Shown in pieces: positions 40,425-53,437 of a stretch of 64,000 nt of DNA. The position numbers and the translations under genes were made by a program. Positions within the stretch are counted from its first letter, which is position 1. Each line of letters begins with the position of its first letter. The DNA lies in NCBI RefSeq assembly GCF_964355755.1, contig NC_092673.1, positions 15,224,948 through 15,288,947 on the forward strand, given 5' to 3'. A model generated the notes under the pieces. That model did no database searches and was not told where the DNA came from. It worked only from the letters and a program-made list of their open reading frames with translations. The DNA is from Antedon mediterranea (Eukaryota; Animalia; Echinodermata).

Positions 40425-41949
40425 AAGTGGTACACGGTGTTAGTACCGCGATGCGCACTGGAATCCAATAGCTACGAATTTGTATAGACATTTGTGATGA
40501 CATTGAACGAAAGAGAATAGACCTAGGTGATGTTAGTATAAGTGCACGTAACTGTAAACAAACTATAATCGTATCGTTACACTTTTTCTTGGGTCTGAAT
40601 AGTTTTATTGCATAATTTAACTTTTCATCATTTCATATTTCTAAATTTCTTAACTTTTGCAGATATTTTTTAAATAAAACTAAGTTTCTATAACTACTAA
40701 AGCGGTTAAATACTATTATTACCCGGACTCCGTGATATATCATATTCTACGTTTCCTACGGTACTTTTTCCAGTATTTCTAAGTTGTTGGCCTTGCGTGG
40801 AATCAAAAACTCGTTTAGAAAATCTGCTGCATTAATTATTTCGCACCTGAGTACATCCGTATAACATCATTGAACGTCGTGTGAAACTATGATAGGCATA
40901 CATGATTTATTGTTGCATGTCCAGCCAAATTTAAGGAAACATTTTTACCCCATTATAAGGGATATTTGTTACACAATACAGGAAGTAGTTACTAGCAGGT
41001 GGCCGTGGTGGTGTAGCATTTTTGACCTCATTATAATAATAATAATAATTATTATTATTACTGTATTATGTCATCTGCTTTAAAGATGTATTTTGCCGAC
41101 ACAATTTTTATTCTTATTCTGATAAATTTCACCGGAAACCTGCTGTCTTCCAGACAATAGGATTCCGGTTGACTTTTTCTCATTACAGTACGGTTTTATC
41201 AAGTAAATATATATTTGTTGTAAATAACTTCTTTTTTACTTAAGTTTTTTTTCCAGATGACAATCATCTTTAAGCGTTATTACAACAAGAATTCGTAATA
41301 CTGAATGGGTAATCACCTAGATACACTTATTAAATAGGCCCATCAGTTTATTCAATAATATTAATAAGATTTCTTCGTACTCTATTTATTTTTTTTCCGT
41401 ATTAATTTGGCAGAAATCTTTGATCTAAAATCAAAATCATACCTAGATCTTAAACAAGCCATGTAATCAAATCTCGTTGTAATTAAGAGGATATGCCAGA
41501 TTTTATTTGACAGTTGTTCATCTTCAAAATGGATGTATGTCAATATAGGTAGGTGTACAGATGACTTTGTAGGCTTGAAACCTCCGCGGAAGTGTTATCT
41601 ATTTAATTAGCTATTACAGTCAATTCAAGAAGGTTGGGACGAGATTGAAAATCCAGCGAATCTCTTTTTAATAACTCGTAAGTAAACTAAAGCATAGGTT
41701 CATTTATGACAGGTTTGGCATTTACATCGTAAATTATACTTTAATGGTCCTCTTACACTTTAACTTCTTTAAGGTCAAGTCGATAGAAAAAAAGAAAATG
41801 TGTCGTTATATTCTTTGTATATAGAATACACGTTTTTATTTAACAACAACATTGATGCTGGAATTTTTCTTTTGGAAATCAAAGCGAAACAGGAAACAAA
41901 AATCAAAAAGCCTGTTGCATGATTGAAGAGTGCGTATATGACTCTATTG

Positions 41950-42423
41950 CAAATTTATAAATCTATAATCCTTCCCCATTTAACGTATGCAATAGTAGGG
42001 GTTCCTTCTTCAGACCAAGTAAATTAAACTGACTTTATATCCTCCAGAAAAAAAGCACTACGAATTATATGCAAAGTCCACTATCAACATCCTTCCCAAC
42101 CGCTATTTATACAAACCAACACATTAACTATATTCGATCTTTATGAAAAAAATTATGGCAATACTACTCTTCCAATTTTATAATAAACAGCTCCCAATTA
42201 CGTTTGGCACTTACTTTCAAATAATTGAATCAACACATAATTATGATACCAGGAATAAAAAAAAACTATACCACTGTACTAAAAAGAACCAAAACAGATT
42301 ATATGCTATAAGGGTGCCAAGACATGGAATAGCCTTGAAAACTCAGTAAGAGAAATAAAGAGTATAGGTCTATTTAAAAAAACAATTCATACTATTCTCC
42401 TCAACAAATATTCTAATACCTAA
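41950..42423 (+). mobile_element. Degenerate LINE (CR1/L2-group) ORF2 3' fragment
   Basis: Frameshifted peptide YKSIILPHLTYA..LQKK.LRIICKVHYQHPSQPLF...HNYDTRN...GAKTWNSL...LFKKTI, typical of the post-RT C-terminus. Confidence 0.75.
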
Positions 42424-44500
42424 AATCACAACGTATTATGAACAAAATATTTATCATTATCGATTTCTTTTTTTTTAATGAATGATCTATTCTGGTCATA
42501 AATTTGATATTGTTATAATACTATTTTTTTTATTCCACTGTCATTTATGATTATTTCTTATTGTCTCTATTGTTTACATATATATTTACTTATTGTTATT
42601 GTTTTTATTGTAATTTTATTTATTTATCTTTCCAATTTTTAATTGTTACATAGGACATCACATTTTAAAGATGCCCGATTCAATCAATCAATATACAAAT
42701 TTTGCTTATAACCATGTTCATTTGTAGGCCGTTGCCACAGTAATCTTCCTAAACACTGCTATTTTTAATACTTACAATATTATATATGTTTTTATCTTTT
42801 CCATTGATTGTAAACCTCAGTATTTTATTATTCAATTTCTGTTTCCAATAATAGTCAATATAAACAATTAATTTGTATTATTATCATTACTGTAAATATT
42901 CATTGTATATATTTTATAATTAATATTTATATTGGGTTTTTTGTGTAAACATCTACTGTAATATTATACCTTATTAATGTTACCATTATAAAAAATGTAC
43001 GATTGATTGAATAAAGTTCACATATATAATACAGAATATTTGGAGTCTGATATAATAATACTGTAGTTATAGTATAGGTCTACATTTAAAAAGTAGGCCT
43101 AGCAAGTAGTTACCGTTCGGAAGCTTACATAAGAAAACAAAGTTTTTATATAATCAATTTTGTAGGCTAATTACAATGGCAGTAGTTTTATTTTTTATTT
43201 TTATTTATACAGGATTATACACAATCAAGTAGATATAGACTTGTTTTGCATTGTGGTCCTGTCGACAATAAAAAAGACTTTTAATTACAGTATTATACGT
43301 ATACCCTATTAACAATTTTTCGGTTAATTATAATTATATACTGACAAATACGGTTTAAATAATATAGCAGCTCTGATAATACAATCATTCTTACAGTGGC
43401 ATACAAACAACACTATTAGTTTGATTACTATTATTATTAATTATTACGGCGACCTATTTTCAATAACGAAAAGTGGGCATTGTTTACAAACAAATTTTAA
43501 TTCACATCAAATTTCTTAATAATTTTCCGTGTTTTTAGTTTAATTTATAGGATTTTAATTATTTTCACTATAATTCAGAAACCTTGGACATTGAGTCGAA
43601 AACAATTGTCTTCCGCGTCCATGATGTACGATACCTAGTTACATAATTTGTGTGCAATTATTACTAATGGACGAAATGTACTGTAAACACAGGTGTATAC
43701 GAACACAAACAACAATATTCGTGTCGATATTTCAATTTTACAAGACCCAACCCATCCCATGTATTATGTATTTGAAGTGCTAGGAGCGGCAGCCGCTTCC
43801 GGTCCATCACCTATCGTCCCAATAAATCTGCCATTAGAGAACTGGATGTTACAGAGAATGATGTGGTTTTGTACTTGTTTGTATCGTATTTTGCTGTTAG
43901 TCTCAGCGCAACACAATTTTCTGTATTTTACGTAAATGATATAATAATTAATGAAATTGAATTGTTTGCTGGTAGTAGCGTGGATACATGAACGATATAC
44001 ATTTACTTCATGTTTTCACGAAAATATTCTCAATGACTTTGCGCATGTGCAGTGATTAGAAACTTAGTAATGACTTTCATTTTCACAGGATAAAGTAAAG
44101 TTACACAAAGTAGAGTACGTTTATGTTGTAAAACGAGAGATAAAATCAACTTGGCTTAATGTAACTTAAAAAATCGAGCCTTAAGTCAGGCCGATGGCGG
44201 TACTAAATAATTGACTGGCGCTTTCATTACCATCGTACATTACCCTCCACTAAAACACGAAATGAGGTTATTATCAATGCCCTTTAATTGACGATGAAGT
44301 TTTAAAACGTCGTGCTATCTAATAATACCGTATTTCTGTTGATTCATAGGAATAAGTTTCAGTAATTCAGGGTCGACTTTCATCCGGATAAGTGTTCTTA
44401 AAGGTTGTGGAGGATCAGTTGGATTTTACACAGAAGCTAAGCAACACGTGTTAACACTAACAGAGCGATTGACAGCAGGGCGACAAAGATACTTTCCAGA

Positions 44501-47500
44501 ATGGAGGAAGGCGACTGGGATGATCTCTACGGTGGGAGCTGGTTGGAAAGCATCTTTGAACAATTCAGTAAGTCATTTTAGCATGCTTCTATGCATTGCT
44601 TTATATTTAATTTTACATTGTGCCATGAAACAGAACGTAATTAACTCAATTATTAATATAGTAAATATTATTCGAAACGGGGTAACAAGAAAGTGGAACG
44701 TTACCAACCAAAACAATTAGGCTTAAATTAACTGAAAACATTCCACCTATTACACAAAGATAAATTCACAAGTATCTACTCGGTTCGAATCCAATAAGGG
44801 TCCCTATGAAATAAGTTGCCCCTACACACAACGTGATATTTGAACACTACATCTGCAGTCATTACGATACGAGGGTTTGGTTGTCTTTTGGTCAATTCTA
44901 TTGACTCTTCTGCAATGAACACTCCATTTTTATTCAGACCGGTTTGTTAGGAGGCCTCCGTTTCCGTTGTTTGAATGAAATACTATATTAAAATCAAAGT
45001 ATAACCAGATGACCTTTCCGATTGGGAAGGATATACCGTATTATCCATATATACCTATTGTCATTAATGATCTTCAAGTAATAATATTTTGGTTAAAACA
45101 ACAATGGTAACTTTAATGACACAATTAAGATACTATTCATGCCGAATAGTGCGCAATCTAATGGACCGCATAGAACACAACAAGTGGGAATTTCAAAAGG
45201 ATTCGATCTTTGAATTAAAATACAAATTAAAGACAAAACGCAATTTAATAAACAACTTACGAAAACTGGCTTATACTTTATACAGTTGGTATTTTTTGTT
45301 AACAATAATTCGTTTTCTTTTTTAGGTTATTTTGATTATTACCACAGTTTCAATGGATCGATGGATTACGGGTATTCTGATTATGAAATTGTTCTTGCTC
45401 AAGCCCCTGCCTACAATGTAATCTACATCATAACGTTCTTGATATCTGTGCCGGGAAACCTGTGTATGGTGCTCTCTGTGTGGCGTAACAAAGCTCTACA
45501 TACTGCGGTCTGGTACATGCTCGCTACCATTTCGATGCTTCAAGTTGTTCAGAATATCGCCATCCCTTTCTTTTTAGTTCATGTGAAGAAAGTCACGTGG
45601 TCTTTTGGACTGTCACTCTGTAAAATGGTTCCGTTCGTCAGCTCAGTACCATATACATATACTGGTCTTGGACTGTCTGCTATTTGCATTATGAGGTAAT
45701 AAATAAATAAATAAATAACCAACAAATCCGCAATTTGGCGTATTAAACATTTTTTCAGACTCTTGGTACTATCTACCTTTCGTGTATCATTTATGCATGC
45801 ACAATCTAAACTATTCCACATGTTATATACCGATAACATGAGCCCTAAACCTTCAACCTTCTCATGATACAGGCGGCATTGTGATACACATTATATTATT
45901 CGTATATCTAGATGACTGTCAATAGTCGGTTAAGATCTACTTAGAGACAGTTGCAGAATAAAGTGTGAATTACGACAATGTCTATGGTACTGGATAAATA
46001 TTTAGAGATAGTATTCTAAACAATATTAACATTATTTGTTCTTTTTAGGTTACTTTCTCATACAATAATGAAGCGAAGTTTTCGGGAAAACCCGGTGTTC
46101 ATGACTGTTGTTTTCTCCAGCATCTCTGGTTTCGCATCCATCGTTGTCAATTGTCCAGTGCCAATTTACCACGTAAGTTTAATATTTTTAGGGCTGTATC
46201 TTAATAACACAAAAGTATACCGTGCACAATTAAACATTGAGAAGGTACTGTGTATTACCTCAGGGAAATTACATACCTTAATATAGGCCTACCAGTTCTA
46301 TTTTTATAATTCATCAGTACCACATAATGCAATCGGATGTTTTTAAAGAAGTATAAGTCTAGTTACGTTCAATAAAAAGTAGTTCACACGCTATACAGTA
46401 ATACATTTGACTTAAATAAGACCAGGAAGCATTTATAATGTGACTTTTGTTGGCGCCTTCCCTTCGTTAATTCTTTTGAAGTGATTGGATGGGGGTAGAA
46501 ATGGCGCTATGGATTGTAACTTTTGGCTAAATTTATTTTTAATGCATCGAGTTCAGATATTATAGTAAACTGTTTTCCTCTTATAGGCAACAGAAAGAAA
46601 ATGGAATCTGAAAACAAACCTCGCATATTGACTTTAATAATTATTCTTTTTTATATTATTATGAGTAACACAAATCCTTTTATCTTTTTATAGCGTATTC
46701 ATACTTTCCATAGTTTCACATTTTGTGGATCAGAATTTCCATCTGCACATGCGCATATGGTATTCTACGTATCACATTTCATAGTGGGTTTTGGAATACC
46801 AGTTTTTATCATCTGGTCAATAAACCCCATCATGTTTTGCCTTCGACGAGCATTCTTCGCACCAAACTCGACGGAGACCGTCACATATCTTCGGCAGCAT
46901 TACGACAAGGCGCTGTTTCATGGTAATGGATGTACGGAAAACGGAGGGCATGTGATGAAAGAGGAAATCAATGACAACCACGATCACATCGTTATAAAAC
47001 ACGACTTGCCACTTATCGTAGGGACTGTAGATGTTAATGAAGATCTGAAGCGTGAAAATAAGGTAGGTTAAAAAGATCACCTTTTCTTGTCGCATGAAGA
47101 GCTTCTTTAGATGAATTACATTAACTAATCAATCGACACGAAATTTCGTATAATTTGTCGTATAGGCATACAGTGGTGTTTAAAGGTTACTCTCCTCTTT
47201 CTTCTTCATTACCAATAATTATCGGCCAGCTAGCTTCGTTAATTTATTTTGCTCCTGGGAAAACAAGTAGCTTTGTCTTTCCAAAAGTAGATACAAATAG
47301 GTAAATCCTGGATACACCACCACACGTAACATAATCATTTGAGTAGGCCTACATTATATCTAAAGACAAATTACTGAAAAAATGACAATGCTGTGCCTCC
47401 AGCCCCATAGAACATTGTTTGGAATAAACACCCCCTCAAATAAACGCCCGGTCACATGCATTACTATTTATATTTGTAATAGAATTCATCGACTTCCAGT

Positions 47501-48086
47501 ATTTTGATAGATTTTTTACTGTATTTTATCACTCACTGGTATTAATGTTATTGTAATTTTTTTCATATATAGGGAGAATTTATTTGATTATATATGTTAT
47601 CAAATTACATCCAAAAAACATAAATGCTTCCCTCGAATAAACGTCCTGGGCGTTTATTCGGGGGACGCAAAAGGCTAAATCAAAACCGTAAAAGTAAAAC
47701 AGCTAGACAAATTTGCAAAGTACATAATATATTTATACAGTATATACATTAATCAATAATTCCTTATATTTATATTATATTTTACTAGAACATGATGAAA
47801 TAATAACATTTTATCATTTCAGGTGACTCTTCTATTATTCCTGTTGAGTTTATTCTTTACTCTGTTGCTTGCTCCTCTCTATTGTCTGTTGTTCTTGCAT
47901 ATCTTCTCTTCTAACATCCTTCACGACGATGTATACAGGGCGTCTACTGCATCACACATGATCCACATATTCTACCCAGCATCCATTCCGTTGGTGAGTT
48001 TCGCATGTTCAGCTCCACTTCGTCATGGGATTATCAAACCAATCCGAGCTGTTGTTCCTAGAAGCAACACCTACTCGAAAGTATAA
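44501..48086 (+). CDS. Divergent class A 7TM receptor C, ~397 aa; exons 44501-44567, 45326-45695, 46049-46172, 46694-47062, 47823-48086
   Basis: In-frame model; TM1 PGNLCM, ECL1 WSFGLSLCK, MRL at the DRY position, ECL2 Cys, TM5 FGIP, TM6 LLAP; same 124-nt third exon as A and B. Confidence 0.82.
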
Positions 48087-49280
48087 TTTGTGACATTTAG
48101 TGACAAAAATTATCACTAATCAAGCGTGGTTTATATAGAGCCATTTGGAATTATCAAATCAATATCTCTCAAAAGTAGATATACTATGACAGAATAGACA
48201 CAGTCATCTTCACAGTCTTTCCATTTGGACTTATCAAACTAATCCGAGACTAATGACTGTCATGCCTAATGTACTATTCATTATTGTGCAGTAATTGTAT
48301 ATTTTGTGATCCTAAAGACCATCATTCTGTGTCGTACAACTGAGTCGTCTGATTCGTCTCGTCGGTAGAAAATTAAACATGTTTAAAAGCCGATTTCCCA
48401 CTAGGCGAATTAAGATAGGCAGTGTTTGCCATATGTTTCATAATATTTGTAATTTTTATTGTGCTACACGATTTGGTTGAAAATAAGCATTTTCTTATCA
48501 GTGGGGGATAGTTCAAATTACATGTAAAATGTGTATTCTTTTGTCACAAATGTTGTAAATAGAGAGGCAATTTTTAAGAAGTTAGGAAAAATAAACGTTA
48601 AATGTTAAAAAATCAGGTGACAAAATATAGATAAAATAACTTTAATTTTACGTTTCTCCTGGTTTTAAAATCAGACTTTTAATTTCGTTTTATACCAAAA
48701 TTATCCACTGTATACCCACCATCTTTTTCTGCACGTTTTAACTTTCTTGGGAGTCATCGGATATCGTTTTTCACCAATTTTTCTACCTAACTATCTGTCT
48801 GACTTTTATACCAGAATTTTGTATTGGCATTTTTAGGGAAATTCATGATTGTTCGTCATGTTTTCTGTTACAGATATTTGTTTTATGTACATTTAACTAA
48901 ATATTATATTAAAGGCAAGCCTGTACCTGAGCTTTAAGAATCTGAAATTCGTTTCGATTTTGTGTAGGCCTAGTGCATGCGCGCGTCTGAACGTTGTGTG
49001 TCACAAAAGTGAGTGAAATCATGTACTCAGTTTGAAAACATTAATTCTAAACCGCCCGGTGATATACTTTAGAATTAATGTTCTTTGCCTGATTTGTTTA
49101 TATATATAAAAGTATCTCTTTGGAGATCCCGCCTCGTGAATAAAAATACTGTAAGATGAGGGCGTATCAATTTGATCTCTGGTGCGCGTGCGTACAACTG
49201 AGGACTAGTGCTGTTCCGTCGTACCACGCCGAGAATGTTAAAGAGTCGCTATCCAATCGAGTTCGAACAATACCATGAAA

Positions 49281-49352
49281 GCCCCAGTGGTCTAATGGTT
49301 AGGACATCTGCATATCAAGCAGGCGGTCCGAGTTCGAGTCTCGGTGGGGGCG
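49281..49352 (+). pseudogene. tRNA-derived sequence (ATC at the anticodon position), part of a repeat
   Basis: A box TGGTCTAATGG, B box GTTCGAGTC, cloverleaf-like stems, followed by TTTTT. A partial inverted copy lies at 50056-50108. Confidence 0.7.
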
Positions 49353-49394
49353 ACTTTTTCTCATTCTCACAGATTTCCTCATCTTTATCGTTTC

Positions 49395-49431
<37 letters not shown>

Positions 49432-49540
49432 CATACTGTAAATTATAGAAACAGTGCTCATATTCGGAACATGATCTCATAATCGCGTCGAGCATAGCTC
49501 ATTGGCGAAAGTTCCGTATTTTTTAGTTGTCAGAATAAAA

Positions 49541-49612
49541 TGTCTCTGGCGGGATTCGAACCTGCAACCTCTCGCTTACAGGGCGAGTATCATACCACTA
49601 GACCACAGAGCC
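49541..49612 (-). pseudogene. tRNA-derived sequence (tRNA-Pro-like body, aberrant anticodon loop CCTGTAA)
   Basis: GGCTCTGTGGTCTAGTGGTATGATACTCGC...GGTTCGAATCCCGCCAGAGACA followed by TTTT; lacks U33. Confidence 0.7.
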
Positions 49613-49794
49613 ATGTATGGTATTATCACAGATTTTCACCCACCAGATACATTCTCTCATACAACAAACGCCCTCACAATCAGTGGAGGCTTAACAAGTC
49701 AGAATAAATTCCAACTTTAATTCGCAACGGTTTTTTAAATAATATTGTGTATATGTAAATCAATGATGTTACACAGTGCTACGCAACATCATTG

Positions 49795-49948
<154 letters not shown>

Positions 49949-50419
49949 AAATCAGGCAAAGAACATTAATTCTAAACCGCCCGGTGATATACTGAAATTT
50001 AATTAATTAAGTTGAAACGATAAAGATGAGGAAATCTGTGAGAATGAGAAAAAGTCGCCCCAACCGAGACTCGAACTCGGACCGCCTGCTTGATATGCAG
50101 ATGTCCTATATATATATATATAAATCCAAAGGCAAATTACTGAAAAAAATGACAATGCTGTGGGTATCAGTGGCTGGATCTCAAAGGAGATACAAAAAAA
50201 AAAGCGAAAAGCTAAATCAAAACGATAAAGTAAAGAGCCAGAAAAGTTAGCAGAGCTATATATATATATATATATATATATAAGTGTTCTTATTTTAGTG
50301 TAGATTTGTATATTTGGTTAGATAATAATAGTGGCTGTTTTGATGAATTCGATGGAGTGTATGGGGGGCGCTAAACAAACAAACAGACGCCCTCAATGAA
50401 TATACTTGTATCTGAGACA

Positions 50420-50960
50420 TTGTTGTCTCGCATGTACAGTTTGTAAGGTAATTTTGTCGTTGTAGTTTTTTTTTAAATGCATGGAAAAAGTACAAAGAAT
50501 AAGTAAATCTGCTAAAAAGATGATAGGAAACGATATTAAGAAATCAGACGAAGTTGTTAACAACTCACTTACAAATAAACTTAACGTTATTATGTCAGAT
50601 GTAAGCCACCCCCTTAACCAGTACATTACGTTAAGCCGGTCTGGGCGCATTACATATCCTTGCTGGAACACTGAACGTCTACGTAGATCCTTTCTCCCAT
50701 CTGCTATGAGGCATTTTAATTTAATGTGGAAACGATAACCGCTATAAGTATTTTAGCAGTACCTTAAACTCGATTTGTACTTGTTATGTCCTCTTTTAAC
50801 TATTTTATATAACATCTTGTTCTCAGTTTTATGTAATTTTATACTTTTTTTTACTGTTTGTGCGACAATGTTTTATTTATTGTGTGTACTTTCAGCCAAA
50901 GTTTCAAGCCATTCATGAGTTTGACAATAAAGTTTATTGAATTTAATTTAATTTAAATTT
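50420..50960 (+). mobile_element. 5'-truncated LINE (Rex1/Babar-like) 3' end
   Basis: ORF end IMSDVSHPLNQY...SGR...TERLRRSFLPSAMRHFN, then a 3' UTR ending CAATAAAG plus a (ATTTA)n tail. Confidence 0.7.
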
Positions 50961-53169
50961 ATAATTGCTATTTCAGAATTTATATTTACTTTTTTATTCG
51001 GTAATTATGATATGAAAATTTACCATTTTTTGATATATTGTGAATGAGCTGTTTTGTAAGTATGTTTCAATAAAATAACACTCAATGTAAAGTTCAATTT
51101 TGATTTTTTTTTGTTTGTAATCGCGTACAATAAAAATATAGCCTTTTCTCCACTTTATTTTCTTATTTTCCAGTATTTACATTCCGGAAATTACAATGTC
51201 ATAACAGAGCATTGGTAATGTTCAGCATTTAATTTCGCAAAATATTTAAAAATACTAGATCCGCCATTTTCATTCTAATTATTGTCATAATTGTTTTAGA
51301 ACTATGTGTGTATTTTTGTTTTTTATTTAATCAATTCAACTGGAAGCATATCATATATATGTACACGCCCTCAACGTGAACATTTTAACTAAACTTTTTT
51401 TCAACTGAAACAAATCGTTTCGCGTTTTATATCTGCTGCCACCTACCCTACTTACTTAAACAGTATGTCGGACAACTTTGATATTATGATTTCATGTAAA
51501 TATTATACTAAATTAATGGTGATTAAATCATGATGATGATGATGATCATAGAGTGGTTTTCATGATATTGACTACCATTGAGATTACAGCAACAATTTTA
51601 AAAAGTAGAGTACACGGTCTTCAATCCAACGTTATTTATCCAAGGAGGCCCAGATCACCGGGAGTGGTGGCTGTTTATTCCTGAAGCCGCAGGCACATAA
51701 AACTTACTGGCACAATTTTAATTTACGATCTAAGCATACGTTGAGCATCGCGATATCTGTGAAAATTGACCCAACACAAACCGTTATAAATACAATACAC
51801 TATCATGTATAACAAGCATAGGTAAGTTAAATTACAAATGACAGGTTTTCGGATCTTATATCTACCTCTCTCACTCAGCGTTATGATGTTTACGTCATGT
51901 GTATATGTAATATCCGCTTTCGTGTATTTAATATCCACGGCAAGTAATTTAGTTGTTCATATCTATTGTTTTGTCATCCAGTACTATTATGGCAAGTTAT
52001 TGATCATGGTATTCAAGTAATAACATAGTCATTAGAGATGATAATTACGTTTAATAATGACTGTTTAGCTTCAGTTGAAAGTATAATAGACATCAGAATT
52101 ATTGAAAAGATGGTCATTAAGTCTTAAGTGGACGGCACCAGTTCGTTTTTCGAGTTAATACTAACACAAGACGACGTTACAGTGTTTTTCTAAGTGTTGT
52201 GGAGTAATAACACGGAGTGTCTGCTTTAAACTAGCTGACTTGTGTAATTAATACTTAAGGGCCTTTAGTTACATTCGATCAAAGTAAATTGTTAAAACGA
52301 ACCAGCAGATCTCAGAACAATTAATTGCAACTACGTACTATGACTACTATCAATATACTCGATTTACACACAACACAATATAAAATGTTATCATTGTATG
52401 ATTATGATTTACAGTTAAATATGTAATCAAATGTAATGAATGCATAAAATATAGTTTTATAGCAACACGAAATAAAATTCACTATAGTTGTGATGTTTCA
52501 AAAATACGTATAAAAAGGATTTTATTGATTAATTAATAACGTCAAATTCTTTGCGTCAGGGAGTTTTTTACTTCATACGAAGTACATAATTGCGAAAGAT
52601 TGGCGTGCCACGAACATATAGCATAGACAGCAGGATTTCAGAGATGTATGAGCGACCCGACTGTCATTCTTGGAGTTTAAAGTTACAAACGCCAGTCTAG
52701 TGATCTGTGGGACCATGGGTTGGAGTACAATCCTAAAAAATCTTCATAATGTAGGCCTATAGCATAAACGTTTTCTTTTTTACACCTGAATAAGTGAATA
52801 ACGTACAATTACGTCAGAGCAGGGCAAATATATGACTTAGTTATATGGATATTTCATGAATTATGAATAATCATTATAATAAAGCAATGACCTAGCGGCT
52901 TATTTAGCCTTTTACACAGATATTATGTGAAGATCTTTTAAATAATTTAATGCATTAAATTGAATTATGCTTCAGTATACGATTTAGGCCTAACTCAACA
53001 GAAATAATAATAACAGAAACACATACTCAAAACGAAACCCATTGTCGCAATTAGTGGTTTTTGCTAAATTTTGTTTTTTTTATAAGCGATATTTATTTGA
53101 ATAAACGCCCCGCTTTGAAGAAACGCCTCTCTCGAATAAACTATTTGTACTAGAATTTATTCTTTGACT

Positions 53170-53437
53170 ACCAATTTACCAATTCTTTAATACCAAACTC
53201 CCTGTGACAATGTCTAATCTACTAAGTCATCATACAAAATCACACAAGTACTATTTACGTATCGACAATAAATTTCAGCATCTTTATGTACCTCCTTTTA
53301 GACTGAAAATTTCCGAATATTTTGTTTCTGTTTCAGGACCGCGAATCTGGAATGATCTTGATGATAAACTAAAGCATTTTAAATCTCTTTATACTTTTTG
53401 TAAAAATTAAAAAAAATATCTTATTTCTTTATACTAA
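53170..53437 (+). mobile_element. LINE ORF2 3' fragment
   Basis: HKYYLR...VSVSGPRIWNDL..LKHFKSLYTFCK matches the C-terminal pattern of CR1/L2-group elements. Confidence 0.6.

Noticed and set aside
49281-49612. Functional tRNA genes
   Set aside because: Aberrant anticodon loops (ATC anticodon; missing U33), imperfect acceptor stems, and embedding in a rearranged repeat.
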